Below the pieces are notes generated by a model that searched no databases, was not told where the DNA came from, and was given only the letters and a program-made list of their open reading frames with translations. The translations under genes and the position numbers were made by a program. DNA of 64,000 nt from an uncultured Bacillota bacterium (GTDB lineage: Bacteria > Sysuimicrobiota > Sysuimicrobiia > Sysuimicrobiales > Segetimicrobiaceae), in NCBI GenBank assembly GCA_963804645.1, contig CAWDRG010000019.1:64001-128000 (forward strand), given 5' to 3'. Within the stretch, counting starts at the first letter, position 1. Every line of letters starts with the position of its first letter. This document shows, one piece after another, positions 30,837 to 40,717 of the stretch.

Positions 30837-31853
30837 ATGCGCGTCGGGGTTGACCAGTACACGCTGAAGCACCTCGACGGGGTCCGCGGGAGTGCGCTGC
30901 TCGACCTCGTCCGCGCCCACGGCCTCGACGGCTGCCAGTTCCGGGACCCGCACGAGGTGAGTCCCACGCTGGACCCCGCGGAGCTGCGCGACGTGCGCGC
31001 GCACGCCCGCGCGCACGGCATGTATCTCGAGGTCGGGATCTCGTGTCCGAATCCGCACGCGCCCGGCCCCGTCGCGCTCCAAGACGGCGGCGGCGACCTG
31101 CGCGCGGGACTCCGGCGCCAGCTCGAGGCGGTCGCGGCGGCGGCGGAGGGGACGCGGTCGGTCCGCTGCTTCGTCGGCAGCCGGGGGGCCCGCCACCGCC
31201 ATCCCGTGCCGTGGCCGCGGCAGGTCGCGGACACGATCGCCGTGGCGCGGGACCTGACGCCGATCCTGCGGGACCTCGGGCTCAAGCTCGCGTTCGAGAA
31301 CCACGCCGAGGCGAGCACCTTCGATCTGGTCCGCATCGCGGAGACGCTGGGGAGCGACGTGGCCGGCATCACGCTCGACACCGGCAACATCGCGATCACG
31401 GTCGAGGATCCGCTGCTCGCCGTCCAGCGGGCGGCCCCGTACACGATCGCCACGCACGTGAAAGACGGGATCGTCGTGTTCGCGGACGACGGGCTCGTCT
31501 ACAATCCCCGTGCGTGCGGCGACGGCGTGGTCCCGATCCCCGAGATCCTCCAGACGCTGTCCGCGACGGCACCCGATCTCACCGTCTCGATCGAAGATCA
31601 TGGGGGACTCTACGAGATCCCGATCTTTGAGGATGAGTTTGTGGCGACCCTCCCCGATCTGCAGCCGCGCGAGATGGGGCGCGTCGTCCGCCTGGCGCGC
31701 GAGTGCGAGCGGCGGATCGCGGCGGGGACGCTGGACAGCCTGGAGGCTGCGGAGCGGACTCCGTGGGAGGCGCGCGTGTTTCCGCGGCTGGACCGCGCCG
31801 CGGCGTACGTGCGGGCGGTGGTCGGGCGGCTCGAGTCCCCGGCGCGCGGCTGA
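30837..31853 (+). CDS. Sugar phosphate isomerase/epimerase family TIM barrel
   Basis: AFENH, LDTGN, THVKD, CGDG. Confidence 0.8.
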   Translation: MRVGVDQYTLKHLDGVRGSALLDLVRAHGLDGCQFRDPHEVSPTLDPAELRDVRAHARAHGMYLEVGISCPNPHAPGPVALQDGGGDLRAGLRRQLEAVAAAAEGTRSVRCFVGSRGARHRHPVPWPRQVADTIAVARDLTPILRDLGLKLAFENHAEASTFDLVRIAETLGSDVAGITLDTGNIAITVEDPLLAVQRAAPYTIATHVKDGIVVFADDGLVYNPRACGDGVVPIPEILQTLSATAPDLTVSIEDHGGLYEIPIFEDEFVATLPDLQPREMGRVVRLARECERRIAAGTLDSLEAAERTPWEARVFPRLDRAAAYVRAVVGRLESPARG

Positions 31854-31966
31854 CCGCTTCCCGGTCTTCACGGGTCGCGGTCTCGGGGCCGCGCCGGGAG
31901 GCGGCGCCGAGAACCGGGCCGCCCGCGTCGCGCGGGCCATCGATCACTGAGGAAGGGGGGAGAGGC

Positions 31967-32416
31967 ATGCCGCGAGCCGCGAGACGCGCCGGGCCGACCC
32001 GGACGCAGATGTACGGCTATTGCGCGTCCGACATCCGCGGCAAGACGCCGGCCGGCGCCCGGATGCTGGCGCGGTACGTGCCGGGCGCGCTGGTGGGCTA
32101 CGGCCAGCTGCGGCGCGCGACGACGCATGAGACCTCCCTGCCGAAGCCGGTCCGCGAGCTGCTCATCATCGCGGTGCAGGCGGCGCTCAAGAAGGATCCG
32201 TCGGGCCACGCCCGGTCCGCAGTGGACGCCGGGGTGTCTCCCAAGAAGATGCACGACGCGTGCGCGCTCGTGCGGTGGCTGGCGGGCATGCCGGCCTATC
32301 AGGTGGGGATGCTCGCGGTCGCGGCCGCGGAGACGCACGCCGCGAGCCGGAAGCGCCCGTCCCGGCGGCGCGCGTCCCGCGCCCGGGCGACGGCACGCGC
32401 GCGGACGGCCCGATGA
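31967..32416 (+). CDS. Carboxymuconolactone decarboxylase (AhpD-like) family protein
   Basis: LPKPVRELL, H.RSAVDAG, AGMP; overlaps the tcuA start (ATGA). Confidence 0.6.
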   Translation: MPRAARRAGPTRTQMYGYCASDIRGKTPAGARMLARYVPGALVGYGQLRRATTHETSLPKPVRELLIIAVQAALKKDPSGHARSAVDAGVSPKKMHDACALVRWLAGMPAYQVGMLAVAAAETHAASRKRPSRRRASRARATARARTAR

Positions 32417-33852
32417 GCGCGGCCGCCCGCCGGTCCGTGTTCGCGGCCGCGCCGCCGGTCGAGGCGTCGTACGACGTGATCGTGGTCGGCGGCGGCCACG
32501 CGGCGCTGTCGGCCGCCCTGTCTGCGCGTGAGGCCGCGGCGACGGTGCTGCTGCTGGAGCGCGCCCCGGTGTACATGCGCGGGGGCAACTCCCGGCACAC
32601 TCGCAACGTCCGCTGCGCCCATCCCCCGAATGATCCGTATCTGACCGGCGAGTATCTCGAGGACGAGTTCCTCGACGATCTCAAGCGGGTGGGAGGCGGC
32701 CGCGTCAACGAGGCGCTGGCGCGCTTCACGATTCGGGCGTCGGTGGACCTGCCGGCGTGGATGACCCGCCACGGCGTTCACTGGCAGCACGCGCTGCGGG
32801 GCACGCTGTCGCTCGGACGGACCAACCGATTCTTTCTCGGCGGCGGCAAGGCGCTTGTGAACGTGTACTACGAGACCGCGGCGCGCGCGGGCGTCCGGGT
32901 CCAGTATGAGGCGAGCGTCGAGGATCTCCTGCTCGACGGGCTGCGCGTCGAGGGCGTGGTCGTCCGGCGCCACGACGGCACCCCGCAGCTCGTGCGGTCC
33001 AGGGCGGTCGTCGTCGCCTCCGGCGGCTTCGAGGCCAACCTCGATTGGCTCAAGGAGTATTGGGGAGACGCCGCGGACAACTTCGCCGTCCGCGGCACGC
33101 CGTACAACGACGGTCGGGTGCTTCGGGCCCTCCTCGACCGCGGCGCGATGCGCGTGGGGGACCCCAAGGGGTTTCACGCGGTCGCCGTCGATGCCCGCGC
33201 CCCCAAGTACGACGGCGGGATCGCGACCCGCCTCGACGCGATCCCGTTTGGGGTCGTGGTGAACCGGCACGGCGTGCGGTTCTACGACGAGGGGGAGGAC
33301 CTCTGGCCGAAGCGGTACGCGACCTGGGGCGGCCGCGTCGCGGACCAGCCGGGGCAGATCGCCTACTGCATTGTGGACGCGCAGGCAATGGGGCACTTCC
33401 TCCCTCCGCTCTACAAGCCGTTTCAGGCGGGGTCGATCGCGGAGCTCGCGGCGGCGATCGGGCTGGACGCGCCCACGCTGGTGCGCACGATCGAGGCGTT
33501 CAACCGCGCGGCCGCCGGCAACGCCGACGTGCGTCCGGAGGTGCTGGACGGCCTCGCGACGCGCGGGCTCATGCCGCCGAAGAGCAACTGGGCGCGACCG
33601 ATCGACCGGCCGCCCTATTACGCGCTGCCGCTGCGCCCGGGGATCACGTTCACCTACATGGGGGTGGGAGTGGATGAGACGGCCCGAATCGTCGATCGCG
33701 ACGGCCAGGCGTTCGAGAACCTGTACGCGGCGGGCGAGATCATGTCCGGCAACATCCTGGCGAGCGGGTACCTCGCGGGGTTCGGCATGACGATCGGGGG
33801 CGTGTTCGGGCGTCTGGCGGGACGGGAGGCCGCGGCGCATGCCCGCGTCTGA
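32413..33852 (+). CDS. tcuA: FAD-dependent tricarballylate dehydrogenase
   Basis: GGNSRHTRN, RTNRFFLGGGK, EDLWPKRYA.WG, PGITFTY, GYLAGFGMTIG. Confidence 0.88.
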   Translation: MSAAARRSVFAAAPPVEASYDVIVVGGGHAALSAALSAREAAATVLLLERAPVYMRGGNSRHTRNVRCAHPPNDPYLTGEYLEDEFLDDLKRVGGGRVNEALARFTIRASVDLPAWMTRHGVHWQHALRGTLSLGRTNRFFLGGGKALVNVYYETAARAGVRVQYEASVEDLLLDGLRVEGVVVRRHDGTPQLVRSRAVVVASGGFEANLDWLKEYWGDAADNFAVRGTPYNDGRVLRALLDRGAMRVGDPKGFHAVAVDARAPKYDGGIATRLDAIPFGVVVNRHGVRFYDEGEDLWPKRYATWGGRVADQPGQIAYCIVDAQAMGHFLPPLYKPFQAGSIAELAAAIGLDAPTLVRTIEAFNRAAAGNADVRPEVLDGLATRGLMPPKSNWARPIDRPPYYALPLRPGITFTYMGVGVDETARIVDRDGQAFENLYAAGEIMSGNILASGYLAGFGMTIGGVFGRLAGREAAAHARV

Positions 33853-34936
33853 CCTGTACCAGGAAGCCGCACGGCAGATGACCGTGTGCAACGCGTGCCG
33901 CTACTGCGAAGGCTACTGCGCCGTGTTTCCCGCGATGGAACTGCGGCAGTCGTTCACGAACGGCGACCTGACGCAGCTCGCGAATTTGTGCCACGACTGC
34001 CGGGCGTGCTACTACGCGTGCATGTACGCGCCGCCCCACGAGTTCGGCATCAACGTGCCCCAGGTCCTCGCGGCGGTGCGGCAGGACAGCTACCGCCGGT
34101 ACGCGTGGCCCGCGGCGTTCGGCCGCCTCTTCGCCGACGTGCCGCTCGCCGGGGTCCTCGCCGCGGCGGCGGTGGCCGGCGTCGTGCTGCTGGCGTGGAT
34201 TCTCGCCGGCCCGGGGCGGCTGCTGTCCGGGCATGCGGGGCCGGGCGCGTTTTACCAGGTGGTCGCGTACTGGGCCATGGTCGTCCCCGGCGTGCTGGTC
34301 GGCGGGTACTGGGCCGCCGTCTGGGTCGTCGGCGGCGCACGATTCTGGCATGATACCGGGACGGCCGCTCGCGGGCGCGTCGGCGTGCGCGCGGTGCTGG
34401 GCGCCGCGCAGGATGCGCTGGTCCTGCGGTGGCAGCGCGGCGGAGGGCCCGGCTGCCCGTACCCCGGGCCGCACGCGTCGTTCGGGCGGAGCATCCTGCA
34501 CATCCTGGTGGTCGCGGGGTTTCTGGCCGCGGTCGCCTCGACGACGCTCGCGGCGATCTACCAGGACCTCCTCGACCGGCTGCCTCCGTATCCGCTGACG
34601 AGCGCGCCGGTGGTGCTCGGCGCCCTCGGGGGCGCGGCCATGATCGTCGGGACCGTCGGCATGCTGGTCCAGAAGGGCGTGAGCGACCGCGCCCCGGGGA
34701 GCGAGGGGCAGCGCCCGCTCGATGCCGCGTTTGTGATCACGCTCGGGGTCGCGTCGCTGACCGGCATCCTCACGCTCGTGCTGCGCGCGACGCAGGTGAT
34801 GGGGGTGATGCTCACGGTGCATCTCGGGGTCGTCGCGGCGCTGTTCCTGACGGCGCCCTACGGCAAGTTCATTCACGCGGTGTATCGGTTTCTCGCGCTC
34901 GTACGGCACCGCCTCGAGCAGGACCATGCGGCCTGA
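33839..34936 (+). CDS. tcuB: Tricarballylate utilization 4Fe-4S membrane protein
   Basis: CNACRYCEGYCAVFPAME, LANLCHDCRACYYAC, PYGKFIH. Confidence 0.9.
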   Translation: MPASDLYQEAARQMTVCNACRYCEGYCAVFPAMELRQSFTNGDLTQLANLCHDCRACYYACMYAPPHEFGINVPQVLAAVRQDSYRRYAWPAAFGRLFADVPLAGVLAAAAVAGVVLLAWILAGPGRLLSGHAGPGAFYQVVAYWAMVVPGVLVGGYWAAVWVVGGARFWHDTGTAARGRVGVRAVLGAAQDALVLRWQRGGGPGCPYPGPHASFGRSILHILVVAGFLAAVASTTLAAIYQDLLDRLPPYPLTSAPVVLGALGGAAMIVGTVGMLVQKGVSDRAPGSEGQRPLDAAFVITLGVASLTGILTLVLRATQVMGVMLTVHLGVVAALFLTAPYGKFIHAVYRFLALVRHRLEQDHAA

Positions 34937-35222
34937 CCGCAGCGCGGACGCGCCGGGACGGCGGGGGTTTACCGTGGTCGAGATCCTGGTGGTGCTGCTG
35001 CTGCTCGCGCTCGCAATCTGGCTCGTGCGGACGGGGTATCACGCGCTGACCCACCACGCGCTCGAGCGTCCCGGATCGGTCAGGCTCGCCGTCGCGCGGC
35101 CCGCGGCCGCGCCGCCGAGGCCCGCGTCCCTCGTGCGCGCGCCGTGGCCGGCCGCCGCCGCGCTGGCTCCGCGCGTGCCGGGGTCCTGGACGCCGCGACG
35201 CGATCGATCTTCGCGGCCATGA
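34926..35222 (+). CDS. Small protein with a prepilin-type (class III) N-terminal motif
   Basis: RRG|FTVVEILVVLLLL; the 3' half overlaps an antisense gene. Confidence 0.4.
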   Translation: MRPDRSADAPGRRGFTVVEILVVLLLLALAIWLVRTGYHALTHHALERPGSVRLAVARPAAAPPRPASLVRAPWPAAAALAPRVPGSWTPRRDRSSRP

Positions 35223-35517
35223 CGAAGTCGCTCTCCGTCAGCCCGTCGATCTTGTGCGTCCACAGGTAGACGCGCACCTCGCCCCAGCGGACGTACAGAT
35301 CGGGATGATGGCCCTCCCGTTCGGCGACGGCGGTGATCGCGTTAACGAAGTCCACGGCCTGCACGAAGTTGTCGAACCGGTACGACCGCATGAGCTTCTT
35401 GCGGTCCTCGATTGTCCAGTCCGGAAGCTGCTTGAGGAGCGGCCGGATCTGGCTCGGCGTGAGCGGGGGCGTGCCGCCCAGGCACGGCACGCAGCGGCGA
35501 TCGGCCAGGCTGGTCAT
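35080..35517 (-). CDS. Pterin-4-alpha-carbinolamine dehydratase
   Basis: CVPC..G, EGHHPD, WTHKIDGLTESDF; GGAGG RBS. Confidence 0.9.
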   Translation of the reverse strand: MTSLADRRCVPCLGGTPPLTPSQIRPLLKQLPDWTIEDRKKLMRSYRFDNFVQAVDFVNAITAVAEREGHHPDLYVRWGEVRVYLWTHKIDGLTESDFVMAAKIDRVAASRTPARAEPARRRPATARARGTRASAARPRAARRRA

Positions 35518-35936
35518 GACGATACCTCCGTGAGTGTCGATCGGCGTGATTCCCTCCATTATACGGTCCCGTCCGGTGCCCGCAACGGAGACGTGCCGTG
35601 CCGCCGAGCGGCGCGGGGATGCCGACGGGGACGTCCGTGCCGACGCGGCGCGTTCCGGCGGAAGGAGTTGTCGAAATCCAACCTGAACCATCAGGACGAG
35701 CCCGGTTTTCTTGTCGCCGCATGGATTGACCGCGAACCGGCGTGCTCGTCGGGATGCCGACGCGGGACGTCCGGCACGCACGCCCCTCGGGGTATTGGCT
35801 GGCGCCATCCGCACGATCGGGGCGACCTCGTTGTCGCCGACGGGACACACGCCAGTCCCAGCCGAGAGGCCGCCGCGGTCCCGTGGGCACCGGGGTCGAC
35901 GTCTGCGTAGGTATGCGCCATCAGAGGAGGCTCCGC

Positions 35937-37244
35937 ATGGGTGGACTGCTGATTGAGAACGGACGGGTGATCGACGGGACCGGCACGCCGCCGCGGCCGC
36001 GCGGCTGGGTGTTGACCGACGGGGAGCTCATCACCGCGGTGGGCGAGGGGACGCCCCCGGCGTCCAAGGTGCCGGACGGCGTGCGCCGGATCGACGCGAA
36101 GGGCGGCAGCATCCTGCCCGGTCTCATCAATCTCCACGTGCACATCCACCGGCGCCATCTGCACCGTCCGATGAGCCAGACGGCGTTCCGCGCCGGCGCG
36201 CGCGCGGTGGAGGCGCTGCCGGACACCCTGCGCATCCTGTGGGCCCTGCGCAACCTGTGGTGGGAGATGCAGGAGGGGGCGACGACGTTCCGCGAGATTT
36301 CCTCGAAGCACCGCATCAACCTGACGATCAAGCAGGCGATTCAGATGGGGATCTTCAAGGGCCCGCGGCTGTTCTGCTGCGGGCAGGGCGTCGGCATGAC
36401 GGGGGGCCACGGCAGCCACGGTGGCGGCGGGACGTCCGAAGCGGACGGCCCCGACGAGGTCCGGAAGGCGGTGCGGGCCGAACTGAAGGCGGGGGTGGAC
36501 TTCATCAAGGTGATGGCGTCGGCCGGGCTCGCGGCGATGCCGGATGAAGATCCGCGCATGGTGGAGTTCTCGGTCACCGAACTGCGCGCCGCCTGCGAAG
36601 AGGCCCACGCACGACACCGCCGCGTCGCCGCGCACGCGTATCCCGCGCAGGCGATCAAGAACTGTGTGCTCGCCGGGGTGGACTGCATCGAGCACGGATC
36701 CATCATGGACGACGAGACGATCGCGATGATGGTGGAGCGGAAGACCTGCTACGTCCCGACGATGACCGGCATGTACAATTTCTGGCAGCGCGAGGTTCAG
36801 TACGGCCGCAAGGATATCGCGGACACGATCCGGGCGGTGATCCTCGAGCCCCATCGCGTGAGCGTCGCGAAGTGCCACGCGCAGGGCGTGCGCATCGGGA
36901 CGGGCACCGACACCCTCGGGCAGCTCAATCAGGAGATCGAGATGCTGCACGACTGCGGGATTCCGACGATGGACTGTTTGCGGGCGGCGACGTCCATCGG
37001 CGCGGAGATCATGGGACTCGAGGACGAGATCGGCACGCTGGAACCGGCGAAGCGGGCCGACGTCCTCGTCGTCGACGGCAATCCGGTGGAGAATCTCGCG
37101 GCGCTCAGGAACGTGCGGACGGTGATCCACGACGGGTGGATCGTCGACGGGGAGACGCTGGCGGTCTTCGGCGGGGCGCACTCGCTGCGGACCGCCCCGA
37201 CCGTGGAGGCCGCCGTCGGCGCCGGGGCGGGTGGGCACGCGTAA
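35937..37244 (+). CDS. Amidohydrolase family protein
   Basis: PGLINLHVH, TGGHG, AAHA, IEHG, GTD. Confidence 0.88.
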   Translation: MGGLLIENGRVIDGTGTPPRPRGWVLTDGELITAVGEGTPPASKVPDGVRRIDAKGGSILPGLINLHVHIHRRHLHRPMSQTAFRAGARAVEALPDTLRILWALRNLWWEMQEGATTFREISSKHRINLTIKQAIQMGIFKGPRLFCCGQGVGMTGGHGSHGGGGTSEADGPDEVRKAVRAELKAGVDFIKVMASAGLAAMPDEDPRMVEFSVTELRAACEEAHARHRRVAAHAYPAQAIKNCVLAGVDCIEHGSIMDDETIAMMVERKTCYVPTMTGMYNFWQREVQYGRKDIADTIRAVILEPHRVSVAKCHAQGVRIGTGTDTLGQLNQEIEMLHDCGIPTMDCLRAATSIGAEIMGLEDEIGTLEPAKRADVLVVDGNPVENLAALRNVRTVIHDGWIVDGETLAVFGGAHSLRTAPTVEAAVGAGAGGHA

Positions 37245-37296
37245 CCGGCCCGCCGGCGCGCCGTCGCCGTATCCGCACCGCCGAGGAGATGGAACG

Positions 37297-38805
37297 ATGA
37301 GGTATGCGCTGCAGGTCGTCTGCACGCTCGCGTGCGTGCTCGTGCTCGCGGTCCCTGGCGCGGTGTTGAGCGCGGCCGACACGAGCGTGAGCATCGCCCA
37401 GGGGATCGATGCCCAGACGCTCGACCCGCAGATGGACACGCTGGGATCGAGCACCGCCATCTTCAGCAACCTGTACGATCCGCTGGTAATGATCGACAAC
37501 ACCGGGAAAGTCGTCCCGGCCCTCGCGACCGGGTGGAAGTTTCTGAACGACACCACGTTGGAACTGACGCTGCGGCGCGGCGTGACGTTTCAGAACGGCG
37601 AGGCCTTTACCGCCCGCGACGTGGTCTTCACGCTGCAGCGCATGATGGCCACGGACCACCCGGTGCTCACGCATCCGTGGATCGCCGACATCGTCAAGAG
37701 CGTGATCGCGGTCGACGACTACACCGTCCGCATCACGACCGAGGCGCCGGACGCGCCGCTGCTGCGCCGGCTGGAGCTGTGGTTCATTCTGCCTGCCGAT
37801 ACGTTTCAGAAGGAAGGCGCCCAGGAGTTCGGGCAGCATCCGGTCGGGACGGGCGCGTACCAGGCCGGGCCGTGGGCGAAGAACGACCATCTGACGCTCA
37901 ACGCGTATGCCGAGTACTGGCGCGGGGCTCCGAAGATTTCGCAGGTGACGTTCCGCGTGATTCCGGAGGACTTTGCCCGGTACGTGGCGTTGAAGACGGG
38001 CGCAGCGGACATGGTCGTCAACCTGCCGCCGGAGCGGGTCGCGGAAGCCCAGCAGGACCCGAATCTCCGCGTCGAAGCCATCCACGCGTCGCGGACGATC
38101 TTCATCGGGATGAACACGTGGAACCCGCCGTTCAACAACGTGAAGGTGCGCCAGGCCCTGAACTACGCCGTCGACGCCACTCAGATCGTCCAGACGATCC
38201 TGAAGGGCGACGGCTACCCGAATCCGAGTCCCGTCAACCAAACCACGTTCGGCTACTGCCCGACCCTCACGCCGTACCCGCACGATCCGGCGAAGGCCCG
38301 AGCGCTCTTGGCGCAGGCCGGGTACCCGCACGGCTTCACCGCGACGCTCGCGACGACGATCGGCCGGTACCTGGACGACGTGCAGGTCGCGCAGGCGGTC
38401 TCCGGGCAGTTGGAGACCGTGGGGGTCCACGCGCAGGTGGCGCAGGAGGAGTGGCCGGTGTACTGGGGCGCGTGGCTCAGCAAGAAGCAGCCCGGCATGT
38501 ACCTCCTGGGCTTCGGCGGCGCGCCGCTCGACGCCGACTACGTGATGGCCAGTCATTTTGATTCCACCCGCCGCGGCCTCTACTACAACAGCCCGACGAG
38601 CGACAAGCTGATTGCCGAGGGCCGGCGCACCACGAGCGACGCGGCGCGGAAGCAGATCTACTGCCAGCTCCAGCAGTATCTGCAGGCGCAGGCGCCGTGG
38701 ATCTATCTGTTCGATCAGCAGGATATCTACGGCCTGACGAAGCGCGTGGTGTGGCAGCCGCGGGTCGACGAGTTGATCTGGATGTACGATGCGAAGCTCC
38801 AGTAA
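37297..38805 (+). CDS. Family-5 ABC substrate-binding protein
   Basis: Signal peptide, TLDP, LRRGVTFQNGE.FTA.DV, PVGTGAY, VRQALNYAVD. Confidence 0.9.
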   Translation: MRYALQVVCTLACVLVLAVPGAVLSAADTSVSIAQGIDAQTLDPQMDTLGSSTAIFSNLYDPLVMIDNTGKVVPALATGWKFLNDTTLELTLRRGVTFQNGEAFTARDVVFTLQRMMATDHPVLTHPWIADIVKSVIAVDDYTVRITTEAPDAPLLRRLELWFILPADTFQKEGAQEFGQHPVGTGAYQAGPWAKNDHLTLNAYAEYWRGAPKISQVTFRVIPEDFARYVALKTGAADMVVNLPPERVAEAQQDPNLRVEAIHASRTIFIGMNTWNPPFNNVKVRQALNYAVDATQIVQTILKGDGYPNPSPVNQTTFGYCPTLTPYPHDPAKARALLAQAGYPHGFTATLATTIGRYLDDVQVAQAVSGQLETVGVHAQVAQEEWPVYWGAWLSKKQPGMYLLGFGGAPLDADYVMASHFDSTRRGLYYNSPTSDKLIAEGRRTTSDAARKQIYCQLQQYLQAQAPWIYLFDQQDIYGLTKRVVWQPRVDELIWMYDAKLQ

Positions 38806-38832
38806 CGCGCGGGCGCCCCGCCGACCAGCCCC

Positions 38833-39750
38833 GTGCAAGGGTACTTGACGCGGCGGATCGCGCACTCGCTCGTCGCGCTGCTCGGCGTGACGTTGGTGGC
38901 CTTTGTCTTTGTGAACGCGAGCGGGGATCCGGCCGCGCTCTTGCTGCCTGGGGATGCCACGCCCGCGCAGGCGGCGGCCCTGCGGCGTTCGCTCGGCCTC
39001 GACCGTCCGTTCCTGACGCAGTACGGTCTGTTCGTCTGGCAAGCGGTCCACGGGAACTTCGGCGTGTCGTTTCGGCAGCAGCTGCCGGCCGCTCCACTGA
39101 TCCTGAGCTACGCGCCGGCGACCGCGGAACTCGCCGTCGGCGCCTCCGTCGTCTCGGTGGTGGTCGCGGTGCCCCTCGGCATCATCGCGGCCTCCTATCG
39201 CGGCCGCCTCTACGACTGGCTGACCTCGGTCTTCGTGCTGATCGGGCAATCGGCGCCGATTTTTTGGCTGGGGCTGATGGCGATCTGGATCTTCAGCCTC
39301 GAGCTTCGCCTGCTGCCGCCGTTCGGCCGAGGCACGCTCGCGCAGCTGGTCCTGCCCGTGATGACGCTGGCCTGGTACGTGAGCGCCCTGCTGACCCGCA
39401 TGACGCGCGCGAGCATGCTCGAGGTGCTGGACCAGGACTACATCCGCACGGCGCGCTCGAAGGGATTGAGCTGGCTTCCCGTGATTCTGAAGCACGCGCT
39501 CCGCAACGCGGCGATTCCGGTCCTGACCGTGTTTGGGCTGCAGTTCGGCGAGCTGCTGGGCGGTGTCGTGGTGACCGAAACCGTGTTTGCGTGGCCGGGG
39601 ATGGGGCGCGCGATCGTGGACGCGATCAACGCGCGCGACTACCCGGTGGTCCTGGCCGGCGTCGTGGTCCTGGCGACCATCTTCGTCGCCGTCAATCTGC
39701 TGGTCGACCTGTCCTATGGACTGCTCGACCCGCGCATCCGCTATCAATAG
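38833..39750 (+). CDS. ABC transporter permease (DppB-like)
   Basis: GNFGVSF, DYIRTARSKGL, ETVFAWPG. Confidence 0.9.
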   Translation: MQGYLTRRIAHSLVALLGVTLVAFVFVNASGDPAALLLPGDATPAQAAALRRSLGLDRPFLTQYGLFVWQAVHGNFGVSFRQQLPAAPLILSYAPATAELAVGASVVSVVVAVPLGIIAASYRGRLYDWLTSVFVLIGQSAPIFWLGLMAIWIFSLELRLLPPFGRGTLAQLVLPVMTLAWYVSALLTRMTRASMLEVLDQDYIRTARSKGLSWLPVILKHALRNAAIPVLTVFGLQFGELLGGVVVTETVFAWPGMGRAIVDAINARDYPVVLAGVVVLATIFVAVNLLVDLSYGLLDPRIRYQ

Positions 39751-39762
39751 ATCGGGCGGCGT

Positions 39763-40620
39763 GTGACGGCCCGTCTGCGGGGACTGGTGCGGGATCCGAA
39801 AGGGGTGGCGAGTTTCGCGCTGCTGCTGGCGATCGTCGTGGCGGCGCTCGCGGCCCCGCTGATCGCGCCGGCGAATCCGCTGCAGCAGTCCCTGCCGTCC
39901 AGTGACCTGGCGCCGATGGCATCGGGGCCCGGCGGGGCGAGGCACTGGTTGGGCACCGACGAGTACGGCCGGGACGTGCTCAGCCGGGTGATCTACGGGG
40001 CCAGGGTCTCGCTTTTGGTGGCCGTCGGCGCGGTGTTTCTCGCCGGGGTCGCGGGGGTGACCCTGGGGATCCTCGCGGGGTTTCTCGCGGGTCCGATGGA
40101 CGCGGTGACGATGCGGCTGGTGGATATCCAGCTCGCCTTTCCGACCGTGTTGCTCGCCATCGCCTGGATCGCGTTCATCGGCAACAACTTGGCGTCGCTC
40201 ATCGCCGTCGTGGCCCTCTCGGGATGGGCGTCGTACGTCCGCATTGCCCGGGCCAGCGCGCTCTCGCTGCGCGCCGTGCCGTTCGTCGAGGCGACGGTCG
40301 CTGCGGGGGCGAGCCGGACCCGCATCATGCTCCGCCACATCGCGCCCAACGTCATGGGCCCCATCATCGTCCTTGCGACGCTGCAGCTCGGCCGGGCGGT
40401 GCTCCTGGAGTCCACGTTGAGTTTCCTCGGCCTCGGGGTGCAGCCGCCGACCCCAAGCTGGGGCAGCATGCTGGCAGACGGACGGGCGCAGCTTGACGTG
40501 GCGTGGTGGATTGCTGCGTTTCCAGGCCTGGCGATCACGCTCCTGGTGCTCGGCGCCAATCTGCTGGGGGACGCCCTGCGCGACGCGCTCGATCCGCGCT
40601 TCGAACAGCGGCGGGCGTGA
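39763..40620 (+). CDS. ABC transporter permease (DppC-like)
   Basis: HWLGTDEYGRDVLSR, ESTLSFLGLG, PSWG. Confidence 0.9.
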   Translation: MTARLRGLVRDPKGVASFALLLAIVVAALAAPLIAPANPLQQSLPSSDLAPMASGPGGARHWLGTDEYGRDVLSRVIYGARVSLLVAVGAVFLAGVAGVTLGILAGFLAGPMDAVTMRLVDIQLAFPTVLLAIAWIAFIGNNLASLIAVVALSGWASYVRIARASALSLRAVPFVEATVAAGASRTRIMLRHIAPNVMGPIIVLATLQLGRAVLLESTLSFLGLGVQPPTPSWGSMLADGRAQLDVAWWIAAFPGLAITLLVLGANLLGDALRDALDPRFEQRRA

Positions 40621-40717
40621 GCGGGGACGCGGGAGCGCTCGGCGCGCGCCGAGCCATGGGGGCCTTGGCGGCGGGGGGACGTGGGTCCCACCGCTCGAGC
40701 CGCCTCAGGCTCGTCCG

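Noticed and set aside
20326..40338. Very long antisense ORFs (20326-23262, 22200-25049, 27362-29653, 37105-40338 and similar)
   Set aside because: Shadow frames of real high-GC genes; Arg/Pro/Ala-rich with no family motifs.
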